64,000 nt of DNA from an uncultured Eubacterium sp. (GCA_900552795.1 USBB01000007.1:1753-65752); one strand, 5' to 3'. Shown: positions 9,747 to 20,551, counted from the stretch's first letter. Notes: a model not told the origin generated them from the letters alone. Numbers and translations: made by a program.

Positions 9747-11492
9747 ATGAAAATTATAAAAGATCTCTGGTGGTTTTTTCGTCAGGAGAAAAGGCGCTAT
9801 CTGATTGGGATTATTTCTCTGAGTTTGGTGGCGGTTTTAAATCTTATTCCACCTAAAGTTATGGGAACGGTTATCGACCGTGTGACGGCGGGCGATTTAA
9901 CACACTCTGAATTACTATTAAATTTATTGTGGCTAGTCTTATCAGCAGTTGCCATGTATTTTTTGCGTTACATTTGGCGCATGTACATTTTTGGAACGTC
10001 TTATCGTTTGGGGCAAATTATGCGCTTTAGGCTTTTTGACCATTTCACAAAAATGTCGCCGAGTTTTTATCAAAAATACCGAACAGGTGATTTGATGGCG
10101 CATGCAACGAATGATATTAATGCCTTGACACGTTTAGCTGGTGGTGGTGTGATGTCAGCAGTTGATGCCACGATTACAGCCATGGTAACCTTAGTTACCA
10201 TGTTTTTAACGATTTCTTGGCAAATGACCTTGGTTGCCATTATTCCGTTGCCGTTCATGGCTTATGCAACCAGTCGTTTAGGACGTCAAACGCACAAGGC
10301 GTTTAGTCAATCTCAAGCGGCTTTTTCAGAGCTTAACAACAAGGTTCAAGAGTCGGTTTCTGGTATCAAGGTGACTAAATCCTTTGGTTACCAAGATGAT
10401 GAGTTACAGTCTTTCCAAGAGACCAATGAAATGACTTTCAAGAAAAATATGACGACCATGAAGTATGATGTCATGTTTGACCCTTTGGTGCTCTTATTTA
10501 TCGGAGCAAGCTATGTGTTAACGTTATTTATGGGAGCAATCATGGTTGCGGCCGGTCATGTGACGGTCGGTAGTCTGGTAACGTTTATTACTTACTTAGA
10601 TATGCTTGTCTGGCCTTTGATGGCGATTGGTTTTTTATTCAATATGGTGCAACGTGGATCGGTTTCCTATGAGCGAATTAGTCAGCTATTGCAACAAAAA
10701 TCAGATGTTAAAGAAGCCGAAAATCCACTCCCAACGATTAAAAATGGGCGTTTGGTTTACGATATCGATGCTTTTCACTATGAAAATGAAGAAACGCTTG
10801 CGGATATTCATTTTGCGCTTGAACAAGGTCAGACTTTGGGCTTAGTTGGGCAAACAGGTTCTGGAAAGACAACTTTAATTCGCTTGCTACTGCGGGAATA
10901 TGATTTGCAAGAGGGACAAATCACGCTTGACGGGCATGATATTAGAGAATATCGATTGGCTGATTTACGTCGCTTGATTGGCTATGTTCCCCAAGAACAA
11001 TTTTTATTTGCGACGAGTATTTTAGAAAATATTCGTTTTGGAAATCCGAAAAGCTCTTTGGCGCAGGTTGAAGCAGCGGCTAAATTAGCAAGGGTTTATG
11101 ACGATATTGTAGCAATGCCTGACGGTTTTGAGACAGTGATTGGTGAAAAGGGTGTCAGTCTGTCTGGTGGGCAAAAGCAACGTATTGCCATGAGTCGTGC
11201 CATGATTCTTGAGTCTGATATTTTAATTTTAGACGATTCTCTTTCAGCGGTTGATGCCAAGACCGAGCATGCGATTATTGAAAATCTTAAAGAAACACGG
11301 CAGAATAAATCAACGATTATCACGGCGCATCGTTTAAGTGCAGTGGTTCATGCTGATTTGATTTTGGTGCTGCAAGACGGGCATATTATTGAGCGTGGTC
11401 GTCATGAGGAACTTATTGAACAAGGTGGTTGGTACGCTGATACCTATGAAGCTCAACAATTAGAAATGGAAGGAGATGCTGATGAAGAATAA
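9747..11492 (+). CDS. ABC exporter, fused permease/ATPase (heterodimer subunit A)
   Basis: Six-TM N-terminus, Walker A GQTGSGKTT, and canonical LSGGQKQR signature. A TGTATAAT -10 lies upstream. Confidence 0.85.
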   Translation: MKIIKDLWWFFRQEKRRYLIGIISLSLVAVLNLIPPKVMGTVIDRVTAGDLTHSELLLNLLWLVLSAVAMYFLRYIWRMYIFGTSYRLGQIMRFRLFDHFTKMSPSFYQKYRTGDLMAHATNDINALTRLAGGGVMSAVDATITAMVTLVTMFLTISWQMTLVAIIPLPFMAYATSRLGRQTHKAFSQSQAAFSELNNKVQESVSGIKVTKSFGYQDDELQSFQETNEMTFKKNMTTMKYDVMFDPLVLLFIGASYVLTLFMGAIMVAAGHVTVGSLVTFITYLDMLVWPLMAIGFLFNMVQRGSVSYERISQLLQQKSDVKEAENPLPTIKNGRLVYDIDAFHYENEETLADIHFALEQGQTLGLVGQTGSGKTTLIRLLLREYDLQEGQITLDGHDIREYRLADLRRLIGYVPQEQFLFATSILENIRFGNPKSSLAQVEAAAKLARVYDDIVAMPDGFETVIGEKGVSLSGGQKQRIAMSRAMILESDILILDDSLSAVDAKTEHAIIENLKETRQNKSTIITAHRLSAVVHADLILVLQDGHIIERGRHEELIEQGGWYADTYEAQQLEMEGDADEE

Positions 11493-13227
11493 TGCAAATC
11501 AATGGCGGGTTTTTAAGCGTCTCATGAGCTATCTCAAGCCATATAAATTTTTGACAGCCGTGGCTTTAGCTTTGCTATTGTTGACGACGGTGGTAAGAAG
11601 TGTCATTCCTTTGATTGCTTCTTACTTTATCGACCATTTTTTGACTGATATGAATCAGACAGCCATGTTGATTTTGGTTGGTTATTATCTCATGTATGTC
11701 TTGCAGACGATTATCCAATATTTAGGGAATTTCTATTTTGCGCATGTGTCATACAGCGTTGTCAGAGAGATTCGTCGAGATGCTTTTGCCAATATGGAAA
11801 AATTGGGAATGGCTTATTTTGACCAGACGCCAGCAGGTTCGATTGTGTCGCGTTTGACCAATGATACGGAAGCTGTCAGTGATATGTTTTCAGGGATTTT
11901 GTCTAGTTTTATTTCAGCGATTTTCATTTTCACGGTAACGTTATTGACCATGTTAAGATTGAACGCTGTTTTGACGGGCTGGGTTGCCATTTTTCTCCCC
12001 TTTATTTTTATTTTGGTTAATCTTTATCGTAAGAAGTCGGTTGCAGTCATTGAAAAAACACGTGCTTTGTTGTCGGATATTAACAGTAAACTTTCTGAGA
12101 GTATTGAAGGGATACGTATCATTCAATCTTTTAGTCAAGAGGACCGTTTGAAAGACGAATTTGAAGCGATTAATGAGGAGCATGTGCTCTATGCCAATCG
12201 TTCCATGGCGTTAGATAGTCTTTTTCTTCGTCCAGCTATGTCGCTGTTAAAACTCCTTGCTTATGCTATTTTAATGGCTTATTTTGGTTTTCGTGGCATG
12301 GAAATTGGGATTTCAGCAGGGTTAATGTACGCTTTCATTCAGTATGTTAATCGATTATTTGACCCTTTGATTGAAGTGACGCAGAATTTTTCAACGCTAC
12401 AAACGTCAATGGTTTCAGCTGGTCGTGTGTTTGATTTGATTGATGAACGGCAGTACGAACCTGAACAGAAAAATGGCGAAGCAACCGTGCAAGCTGGGAA
12501 TATTGAATTTAAAAATGTCAGCTTTTCTTATGACGGTGAACGCCAAATTTTAGATAATATCTCATTTAAGGTAAATCAAGGCGAAACGATTGCCTTTGTT
12601 GGCTCGACAGGTTCTGGCAAATCATCGATTATCAATGTTTTCATGCGCTTTTATGAATTTCAGTCTGGAGAAGTTTTGCTTGACGGCGTTGATATTCGTG
12701 AGTATCCTAAAGAAGAGTTGCGCCGTAATATCGGTCTCGTTTTGCAAGATCCTTTCTTATATCATGGTACAATTAAGTCCAATATCAAGATGTATCAGGA
12801 TATTTCAGACGAAGCTGTTCAAGCCGCTGCGGCATTTGTAGATGCTGACCAATTCATTCAAAAATTACCTGAAAAATACGAGACAAAAGTCACCGAACGT
12901 GGTTCGAGTTTTTCAACAGGGCAACGTCAATTATTAGCTTTTGCAAGAACCGTGGCTAGTCAGCCTAAAATCCTTATCCTTGATGAAGCGACAGCCAATA
13001 TTGATTCTGAAACCGAAACCATTGTTCAAGAATCATTGAAAAAAATGCGCCAAGGTCGGACAACGATTGCTATTGCACACCGTTTATCAACGATTCAAGA
13101 TGCTAATTGCATTTACGTGCTGGACAAAGGCAAGATTATCGAATCTGGCAGCCACGACGAACTCCTTAGCCAAAAAGGCACTTACTATCGCATGTATCAA
13201 TTACAAGCAGGCATGATGGAAAACTAA
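11476..13227 (+). CDS. ABC exporter, fused permease/ATPase (heterodimer subunit B, degenerate signature)
   Basis: Walker A GSTGSGKSS; signature degenerated to FSTGQRQ, as in PatB/LmrD-type partners. Overlaps the upstream gene by 17 nt. Confidence 0.85.
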   Translation: MLMKNNANQWRVFKRLMSYLKPYKFLTAVALALLLLTTVVRSVIPLIASYFIDHFLTDMNQTAMLILVGYYLMYVLQTIIQYLGNFYFAHVSYSVVREIRRDAFANMEKLGMAYFDQTPAGSIVSRLTNDTEAVSDMFSGILSSFISAIFIFTVTLLTMLRLNAVLTGWVAIFLPFIFILVNLYRKKSVAVIEKTRALLSDINSKLSESIEGIRIIQSFSQEDRLKDEFEAINEEHVLYANRSMALDSLFLRPAMSLLKLLAYAILMAYFGFRGMEIGISAGLMYAFIQYVNRLFDPLIEVTQNFSTLQTSMVSAGRVFDLIDERQYEPEQKNGEATVQAGNIEFKNVSFSYDGERQILDNISFKVNQGETIAFVGSTGSGKSSIINVFMRFYEFQSGEVLLDGVDIREYPKEELRRNIGLVLQDPFLYHGTIKSNIKMYQDISDEAVQAAAAFVDADQFIQKLPEKYETKVTERGSSFSTGQRQLLAFARTVASQPKILILDEATANIDSETETIVQESLKKMRQGRTTIAIAHRLSTIQDANCIYVLDKGKIIESGSHDELLSQKGTYYRMYQLQAGMMEN

Positions 13228-13417
13228 GGGAGTGAGACAAATAAGTCTCCAGTAGAGACTTTATTCATGAGCCTAAAAATTAAAAGGTGAATCAGTAGTT
13301 TCGCAGAAACTTGATTTCTCAGCAAATCTTAATTTCTTGTTGCTGACCTAAAACGGTCTATCCCCAGATTGTTGAAGTCCAAACTACTGCGTCTTGTAAA
13401 TGATAACTATGTAAACA

Positions 13418-13456
13418 AAGAAGCTGAGCACTTTTTGTCCCAGCTTCTTTTTTAGT
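13418..13456 (+). terminator. Intrinsic terminator
   Basis: AAAGAAGCTG…CAGCTTCTTT followed by TTTTT. Confidence 0.5.
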
Positions 13457-13566
13457 CTCTAAAACATGACAAAAGTCATGTGATGTTATGACATTATGAG
13501 CTAAAAAGCTTGGCTATTTTTTCATAAAATAAATTTATCACAGATGAGAAAATTGGAGATAATGAA

Positions 13567-14445
13567 ATGATAACAGTTGAGAATTTATCTAAAACAATTA
13601 AAGGAAAGCCGATTTTGCAAGACATTTCCTTTGAAGTAGCTGCTGGAGATTGTGTGGCATTGATTGGTCCTAATGGTGCTGGTAAAACAACCTTGATGTC
13701 ATGCTTGTTAGGTGATTTGAAAATCAGCAAAGGAAAGATAGTCATCAATGCTTTAGCACCGAAAAGTCAGCAATTAAAAGAAATCGTCGCCGTGTTACCA
13801 CAGGAAAATCGTTTGCCGCAAAAGTTAAGAGTGTCTGAACTCATTGACTTTTTCAAGTCCATTGCCAAGACACCTTTAGCTGACCAAGAAATTGATAAGA
13901 TTTTGCAATTTAGTGAGGAACAAAAAGCCCAATTGACAGAGAAATTGTCTGGTGGACAAAAACGCTTATTAGCATTTGTCTTATGCCTTATTAGCCAACC
14001 TAAAATTCTTTTCTTAGACGAACCAACGGCAGCAATGGATACCTCAACACGTCAGCATTTTTGGCAGATTATCCAAAGTCTGAAAGCAAAGGGCGTAACG
14101 ATTTTTTATTCGAGCCATTATATTGAAGAAGTGGAACATACGGCAGAACGCATTTTGGTCTTGCATCATGGAAAATTGCTGCGTGATACGACACCGTTTG
14201 CCATGCGAGAAGCTGAACATGAAAAACAGTTGACTTTACCAAAAAACTTTTTGCCGATAGTGGAAAAATTACCACACATTGATAATATTGAGCTGAAAAA
14301 CGACACGGTGACATTCATGACTAAAGAGATTGATAGTGTCTGGCAGAAATTGCAAGAGCAAGGTTGTCAGATTGCCGATATTGAAATTCAAAATAAAACG
14401 TTATTAAACACATTGTTTGACCAAACACAGGAGGATGAAAAATGA
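13567..14445 (+). CDS. ABC transporter ATP-binding protein (ABC-2 type)
   Basis: Walker A GPNGAGKTT, signature LSGGQKRL, Walker B ILFLDEP. Confidence 0.85.
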   Translation: MITVENLSKTIKGKPILQDISFEVAAGDCVALIGPNGAGKTTLMSCLLGDLKISKGKIVINALAPKSQQLKEIVAVLPQENRLPQKLRVSELIDFFKSIAKTPLADQEIDKILQFSEEQKAQLTEKLSGGQKRLLAFVLCLISQPKILFLDEPTAAMDTSTRQHFWQIIQSLKAKGVTIFYSSHYIEEVEHTAERILVLHHGKLLRDTTPFAMREAEHEKQLTLPKNFLPIVEKLPHIDNIELKNDTVTFMTKEIDSVWQKLQEQGCQIADIEIQNKTLLNTLFDQTQEDEK

Positions 14446-15173
14446 TTGCTTTATTGAAAATTGAATGGATTAAAACATGGCGTTTTTGGATGACCTTTGT
14501 TTTGTCGATTGGTATGCCTGTTTTCTTTTTCTTGTTTTTCTCAGGTATGGAACTGTCGTCGAATTCTGAAGAACAAAAAGTGCTTGTGACAGCTTACATG
14601 CTGACAATGACAGCTTTTTCTATGTCAAGTTTTGGATTTTTCTCATTTCCAGCTATGCTTGTTGAGGATAAAACAAGCTATTGGTTGACTTACATTGAGC
14701 ATTCTTCTATCCCTGTTTGGCAGTATTATTTGGTAAAAGTGATTCGTGTCTTGTTTTGTTTCTTACTTTCTATCGTGGCGACCTTTTTAGTTGGAGCTAT
14801 TTTCCGCGGGGTGAGCATGCCACTTAGTCGTTGGTTTGGAGCAGGTGCTTTGTTGTTGGTATCAAGTTTCCTTTTCTTAGCATTTGGGCTATTGATTTCA
14901 CAAATTAAATCACAACAATTAATGACGATTGTCGGAGATATTTCTTTTATTGGTTTAGCCATTATCGGTGGTTCATGGATGCCGATTGAGAATTTCCCAG
15001 ACTGGATGCAAAAGATTTCTAAAGTAACACCAGTTTATCATGTGAATCAATTGGTGACACAGTTTGCTCAAAAGGGGCAGGTAAACGGCAAGTCCTTGAT
15101 TATCATACTCGGCTATGTCATAATGATAGCAGCATTAGCGCTTATGATTAAGAATAAAACTGAGGTTAAATGA
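14442..15173 (+). CDS. ABC-2 family permease
   Basis: Six hydrophobic segments; start overlaps the ATPase stop codon (translationally coupled). Confidence 0.7.
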   Translation: MIALLKIEWIKTWRFWMTFVLSIGMPVFFFLFFSGMELSSNSEEQKVLVTAYMLTMTAFSMSSFGFFSFPAMLVEDKTSYWLTYIEHSSIPVWQYYLVKVIRVLFCFLLSIVATFLVGAIFRGVSMPLSRWFGAGALLLVSSFLFLAFGLLISQIKSQQLMTIVGDISFIGLAIIGGSWMPIENFPDWMQKISKVTPVYHVNQLVTQFAQKGQVNGKSLIIILGYVIMIAALALMIKNKTEVK

Positions 15174-16261
15174 TGTTGAAAAGAATTAGGGGCATTCATC
15201 CGTTATTTTATATGCCATTAGCATTTCTAGCATTCCCCGTTTTAGGGGCATTCTTTTTTGATTACCCAACTTGGACACTTGGGATAACTTTTCTGTTTTT
15301 ACTAAGCTATTTATTTCTCACACATTTTGAAGAAAATATCCTAACAAACCTTTGCTGGATTTTTATGCTACTTTATGTTGTTTATATGACAATTTATGTA
15401 GATGGTGGCATGATGTGGTTTACCTTTTATTTTAATAGTTTGCTAGTTTTTCGATTTCAAGATAATTACACTTCCTTTCGATTTCTCGCCTATGATTTAG
15501 CAATGCTGTTTATGATTATTTCTGGTGTCAGTTTGGCAGATGACTTATCGTCACAAGTAATGATTTTTTTGGTTCCTGTTGTTAATTATGGCATTTTAGT
15601 TTATTGGATGGATGATCGAAAAAATGAAATTCAACGAAAAGCAATCATGGAAAAGAATCGCACCATTAATCTTTTATTGGCTGAAAATGAGCGAAACCGT
15701 ATTGGGCGTGATTTGCATGATACTTTGGGGCACGTTTTTGCGGCAATGACCTTAAAAACAGAATTAGCACTCAAGCAATTAGAAAAAGAAAAATATGACC
15801 TTGTCAAAAAAGAGTTGGAAGAATTGAATCAAACCAGTCGTTCTTCCATGCATGATGTCAGAAACATTATCAATAATCTCAAATTCAGAACGGTGAGCGA
15901 AGAAATTGAGCATTTGAATGAGTTTTTTGCCATGACAGATATTGATTATCAGCTGCAAAATGATTTGAATGTGGAAGCCATGGCACCCTTGATGCAGTCG
16001 AGTATCGGTATGATTTTGCGTGAATTAAGCAATAACGTCATCAAGCACAGCCAAGCGCAAACTTGCCGTATTCACCTTTTTGAAAACCAAGAAAAATTAG
16101 TGATGACAATTACAGATGATGGAGTTGGTTTTGACGACTTAACAGGAAATGAATTAAAATCCATTCGTGACCGTTTGCTGTTGGTCAAGGGAGATGTGGA
16201 GATTTTATCCCAAGCTAAACCAACCATGATTCAAGTTAGTATCAGTTCAAAGGAGAATTAA
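15170..16261 (+). CDS. Sensor histidine kinase (HisKA_3 / NarL-partner type) with a multi-TM sensor domain
   Basis: Five or six N-terminal TM helices, H-box [15 protein letters not shown], and HATPase_c (…ITDDGVGF…). Confidence 0.8.
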   Translation: MMLKRIRGIHPLFYMPLAFLAFPVLGAFFFDYPTWTLGITFLFLLSYLFLTHFEENILTNLCWIFMLLYVVYMTIYVDGGMMWFTFYFNSLLVFRFQDNYTSFRFLAYDLAMLFMIISGVSLADDLSSQVMIFLVPVVNYGILVYWMDDRKNEIQRKAIMEKNRTINLLLAENERNRIGRDLHDTLGHVFAAMTLKTELALKQLEKEKYDLVKKELEELNQTSRSSMHDVRNIINNLKFRTVSEEIEHLNEFFAMTDIDYQLQNDLNVEAMAPLMQSSIGMILRELSNNVIKHSQAQTCRIHLFENQEKLVMTITDDGVGFDDLTGNELKSIRDRLLLVKGDVEILSQAKPTMIQVSISSKEN

Positions 16262-16262
16262 G

Positions 16263-16859
16263 ATGAAATTGTTAGTTGCCGAGGACCAATCCATGTTGCG
16301 AGACGCGCTGTGCCAATTGCTTCTTATGGAAGATGATGTCGATGAGATTTTGCAAGCAGGAGATGGCGCGCAAGCTATTGGCATATTGCAAGTGGAAAAT
16401 GTTGATGTGGCTATCCTTGATGTGGAAATGCCGAAAAAATCTGGTCTGGATGTTTTGGAATGGATTCGAAAACACAAGGAAATGAAAGTGATTATTGTGA
16501 CCACGTTTAAGCGCGTGGGCTATTTTGAACGAGCCGTTAAGGCAGGTGTTGACGCTTATGTCCTAAAAGATCGCTCAACATCAGAACTCATGACGACCAT
16601 TCACACGGTGCTTGCAGGGAAAAAGGAATACTCACCAGAGCTCATGGAAACCATGATGACCCAAGATAACCCACTTAGCCAACAAGAAAAACGCATATTA
16701 CAATTAATATCACTTGGCAAAACAAACCAAGAAATCGCTGATACCCTTTACCTCTCAAACGGAACTGTCCGAAATTACATCTCATCTATCCTTAACAAAT
16801 TATCCGCCAACAACCGCGTAGAAGCCGCAAGAATCGCCGAAGAACACGGATGGGTGTAA
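16263..16859 (+). CDS. Response regulator, NarL/LuxR family
   Basis: REC domain (D at VAILDVEMP) plus a C-terminal LuxR HTH (…[24 protein letters not shown]…). Confidence 0.85.
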   Translation: MKLLVAEDQSMLRDALCQLLLMEDDVDEILQAGDGAQAIGILQVENVDVAILDVEMPKKSGLDVLEWIRKHKEMKVIIVTTFKRVGYFERAVKAGVDAYVLKDRSTSELMTTIHTVLAGKKEYSPELMETMMTQDNPLSQQEKRILQLISLGKTNQEIADTLYLSNGTVRNYISSILNKLSANNRVEAARIAEEHGWV

Positions 16860-17216
16860 GGGGAAATTTTTTTCTAGCTGAAAGCAACTGCTTGGCAATG
16901 TAATATTTGTTAATAAAAACGCATTCTTAAAAAAGTTGACACCGTGTGTACTTTTTGTTTCTGAGATGAGGTGTTAGAAAATTCATCTCAAATTATATAT
17001 GTCTTTTTGACTATCTTTTTATATCCTCTTAAATGTCCGAAAAGCTTTATTTTATAGGATATACGGACATTTTTACTTGAACTGTCATCGGGAGAATGGA
17101 AATATCTCAATCAGGCTGAAAAAGAAGTCTGTCAGTTTTTAAGAACAGAGGAACGTCTAAATACAGAATTGAAGCGCTGACACTATGATAACTTCTTTGA
17201 CAGCGAGAAAGAATGG

Positions 17217-17432
17217 TTGGAATATGAGTTAGAAAAGTTACGAGAATATATTACAGACGATATTAACGAGAAAAGTATTGTAGTGTCCGACCTTTACCCA
17301 ATCAAAGAATTTATCCAACATTTGAAGTTTCAAAAACTGTTAGACTGCTATGATGATTTATACAGTATGGATATGTTTTGGGAAAGCATAGAAGGACATA
17401 AATATAGGACACCTTATCAAGTCGTGAAATGA
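17217..17432 (+). CDS. Hypothetical small protein (possibly a disrupted gene)
   Basis: 71 aa ORF in a region with no convincing coding signal; a downstream alternative frame continues. Confidence 0.2.
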   Translation: MEYELEKLREYITDDINEKSIVVSDLYPIKEFIQHLKFQKLLDCYDDLYSMDMFWESIEGHKYRTPYQVVK

Positions 17433-17740
17433 TGAATCCGAACTCGAAAGAGGATATGGAACTGTTATCGAAATTACCGTGGGTAACGGGTAAATTTGAT
17501 GATAATGACGAGTAACCTTTTTCCTTTTGCATGGAAGATACAGCAAACAAAAAGCCCAGTAAAGAGTGCAAAGCACCACCAATGGTGGCAAGGCTCTTGA
17601 CAGGGCTTTTTCTTTTCTGTGGAGGGTAATCAAGAGGAAGAAAAGATAAAATTTGATTTGTGGTAAATCGGATAATATCAATGAAATTGTCACGGTACAA
17701 GTTTGGGCTATATAAGGAATAGCAACTGGAAGATTGTTGG

Positions 17741-17783
17741 ATAAAAGAAAAAGGCTTGCAGTTCTGTATTGATTTGCAAGCCT
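17741..17783 (-). terminator. Intrinsic terminator of the TetR gene
   Basis: AGGCTTGCA…TGCAAGCCT followed by a T-run on the minus strand. Confidence 0.6.
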
Positions 17784-17790
17784 AAATATA

Positions 17791-18348
17791 TTATTTATAC
17801 TTCTGGAAAATCCCGACTAATAAAGTATCTATCGCTTCAGCTAATTCAAATCTAACTTTATCTGAGGCAGAAAAAGCGTTTCCTAATTGCAAAGTTGTAT
17901 AACCGTGAATTATTCCAGTAAGCATATTTAATATTTCAAGTGTTTTGTCTTTGTTAAGACTGCACGATTGGATAAGAGTAGTTAATAATGAAAGATAGTT
18001 GTTAAAAATGGTTGCTGTTTCCTCTGTTCCGTGCCACACAGCCCATTGAATTGTTTCATAAACTCCGGGGTGTTCAATCATATAGTTTAGGTATTCGATA
18101 GAAACTAACTTAATTGCTTCTTTCCCTATTTTTCCAACGGCAATTTTCATCATTCTTTCATTCATGTCACGCATACCATTATGAGCAACTTCTAAAAGAA
18201 GATTATCTAAACTTTCTATGTGATTATATAAAGATGGTGTACGAATGTTTAATTTTTGAGCAACAGCTTTTAACGAAACGTTATTTAATCCTTTTTCATC
18301 TGCTAAGTCTGATGTTGCTTTTATTACTGCTTCTTTAGTGGTTTTCAT
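17791..18348 (-). CDS. TetR/AcrR family transcriptional regulator
   Basis: N-terminal HTH …LNNVSLKAVAQKLNIRTPSLYNHIESLD. Start at MKTT with a GAGGTG RBS. Confidence 0.8.
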   Translation of the reverse strand: MKTTKEAVIKATSDLADEKGLNNVSLKAVAQKLNIRTPSLYNHIESLDNLLLEVAHNGMRDMNERMMKIAVGKIGKEAIKLVSIEYLNYMIEHPGVYETIQWAVWHGTEETATIFNNYLSLLTTLIQSCSLNKDKTLEILNMLTGIIHGYTTLQLGNAFSASDKVRFELAEAIDTLLVGIFQKYK

Positions 18349-18525
18349 AGTTATGCACCTCATTCAAAATATCATACAAACACAATTCTAGCTAATTGAA
18401 TTAGTGTAGTCAATAACACAATTAGAAAATTATGATTATTTATTGACTTTCCTACAAAAACATTTTAAAATACTAATTGAATTAGTTAAATAACTATTTG
18501 AAGTAGTATTTTGAGGAGTGATTAT

Positions 18526-19221
18526 ATGTGTACAAGATTTGTTTACAATGGTATAGATAAAATTGTTGGTTTTAATTTTGATATTGACCTTTCTGTATGG
18601 GAGCATACTGTAATTACCGAAGAAAATAGATTTTATATTGGTATTAAAATGCCTGACGGTATGTATCATTCATTTCATGGGATAAATAAAAATGGTAATG
18701 TAGGAACACTTCTTTATGTTCATGGTAATGAAAATGCAAGGTATATAGAAAGCGAGGATTGTATTACAATATCTGAATTAACAGAAAAATTCATTAAGGC
18801 AGAGATTTCTTTTGATAAAGCCTTGGACATTGTTAAAAAGAAAAAAATTATTTATGCACCAGATGCTACTATGCAAGCTATGCTTTCTGATAAAAAAGGA
18901 CGAGTTTTAATTATTGAACCCGGAATTGGGTATAGATATGAACAAGAAAATTTTTCACTTATTACAAATTATTCTATTCTAAAACCAGATATAACAAAGC
19001 CGTACATTGTTTCTGGGGATACAAGATACGAAGTGGCTAAAGAGTTATTGGCAGGATATGATAAAGATTTTTCAGTAAATGACGCATTTAAAGTATTAAA
19101 ATCTGTTTCTCAAAAAGACTTGTGGGCAACTAGGGTTTCATTTGTATATTCTACAGAAAAAAATAAAGTTTATTATGTCTTGAACAATGATTTTAGTAAT
19201 GTATTTGAATTTCAGTTTTAA
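18526..19221 (+). CDS. Ntn-hydrolase of the choloylglycine hydrolase / linear amide C-N hydrolase family (BSH/PVA-like)
   Basis: Begins MCTRF…; Cys2 is the Ntn nucleophile typical of this family. GAGGAG RBS present. Shorter than classical BSH (~232 aa). Confidence 0.55.
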   Translation: MCTRFVYNGIDKIVGFNFDIDLSVWEHTVITEENRFYIGIKMPDGMYHSFHGINKNGNVGTLLYVHGNENARYIESEDCITISELTEKFIKAEISFDKALDIVKKKKIIYAPDATMQAMLSDKKGRVLIIEPGIGYRYEQENFSLITNYSILKPDITKPYIVSGDTRYEVAKELLAGYDKDFSVNDAFKVLKSVSQKDLWATRVSFVYSTEKNKVYYVLNNDFSNVFEFQF

Positions 19222-19498
19222 TACTAATGAATTTATAAATTTGCAATTATGATAAGAAAGGTTATTATGATAGGACTAAAAAAGCAAGATATAAAAGCAT
19301 TGAAAGTAACTGCTGTGGAAAGTTTTAGGAATAATCTTATACGATTATGCACTACCTAACAGCATTTTATCAACAACTAAATATTTTACAATATTAAAAG
19401 TTCGTACAGACGGTATATTTTGTACGGACTTTTTTCTTGTTCTTCTTTTTGTATTTTCCAAAGATATAGACGGTATCTCCGTTTATATATTTCAGCGT

Positions 19499-19939
19499 AT
19501 GCGGAAAGGAGGTGAGATTATGAACCCATCTTCTTTCGAGCATATCGTTAGAATACAGTTTAATGCTTTGATGATGACTGTTATTAAATGCACAGTAAAA
19601 AACAGAAACAGACAGTTTGCAAGACGTTCTAAGCGTGAAGTTTTATTCTGTGAATTATCAGATACGAAAAATGTTGAATGTGTAACTAAGGATAACTATT
19701 CTTGTGATTACATTTCGTTTGAAGTCTTGAATTTTACAATTCAAATATCAAATGAGAAACTTGCTGTTGCTTTATATAAGTTATCGAATAAAGAGCGTGA
19801 TGTAATTCTATTACGCTATTTTCAAAGTATGAGCGACCAAGAAATAGCCGAATTATATCATGTATCACGTTCTGCTATTTATCGCAGAAGAAGTAACGGA
19901 TTGAAGAAACTAAAAACAGTATTGAAAGAAAGGAATTGA
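19499..19939 (+). CDS. Sigma-70 family protein, region-4 HTH (Tn916 Orf7-like)
   Basis: C-terminal …MSDQEIAELYHVSRSAIYRRRSNGLKKL region-4 HTH. Confidence 0.55.
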   Translation: MRKGGEIMNPSSFEHIVRIQFNALMMTVIKCTVKNRNRQFARRSKREVLFCELSDTKNVECVTKDNYSCDYISFEVLNFTIQISNEKLAVALYKLSNKERDVILLRYFQSMSDQEIAELYHVSRSAIYRRRSNGLKKLKTVLKERN

Positions 19940-19943
19940 ACCA

Positions 19944-20183
19944 ATGAAAAAAGAATATGGCTACCCTACATTAAAAGTAATATGTCAAGCGTCTGCTGGA
20001 AATGAAACTGCCATAAGAGAGATTTTGAAGTTTTATGACGCTTATATATGTAAATTATGCTTGCGTCCGTTTTACCACTCTGAAAGTGGTAAAATCATTA
20101 TGCAGGTTGATGAAGAATTAAAAGGTCAAATCCATACAGAAATGATGAAAGCAATCTTGAAATTTGAAATCAGAGTAAAATAA
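19944..20183 (+). CDS. Small companion protein of the sigma-like factor (Orf8-like position)
   Basis: 79 aa ORF 4 nt downstream of the sigma gene; no recognised domain. Confidence 0.3.
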   Translation: MKKEYGYPTLKVICQASAGNETAIREILKFYDAYICKLCLRPFYHSESGKIIMQVDEELKGQIHTEMMKAILKFEIRVK

Positions 20184-20205
20184 TCATACTACATGAATGA
20201 AAAAC

Positions 20206-20247
20206 GGGAGATACACAGATATTTGTGCTATCTCCCATGTTGTTTTT
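20206..20247 (+). terminator. Intrinsic terminator
   Basis: GGGAGATA…TATCTCCC followed by ATGTTGTTTTT. Confidence 0.55.
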
Positions 20248-20551
20248 GTGTCATATCAAGGCTCATTCAATCGTGGTAAATTCGTGGTAAAATGAATAGT
20301 TTTCTATACTTCAAAATGTTTGAAAGTATAGTGTTTATGCGGATAATCAAAAATCAGATATAAAATTTATCATTAAATTCTTAAATCAAAAAGACAACTG
20401 CCAGGTATAAATAATTGCCAGGTCCTAAATGCCTACAAAAGAAAAAGACAATCAATTTTATTTCTTTGTTATTCTAATAACATGTTAATACCTGAACCTA
20501 ACTTTAGGTCAAGTATTTTTTGTGAATTATCTGTTATAAAGGGAGATTTTT

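Noticed and set aside
16921-16960. Additional copy of the dispersed repeat (AAAAAGTTGACACCGTGTGTAC)
   Set aside because: It shares only TTGACAC with the core, lacks the AGACCTTT arm, and lies in the streptococcal-type block. Judged coincidental.
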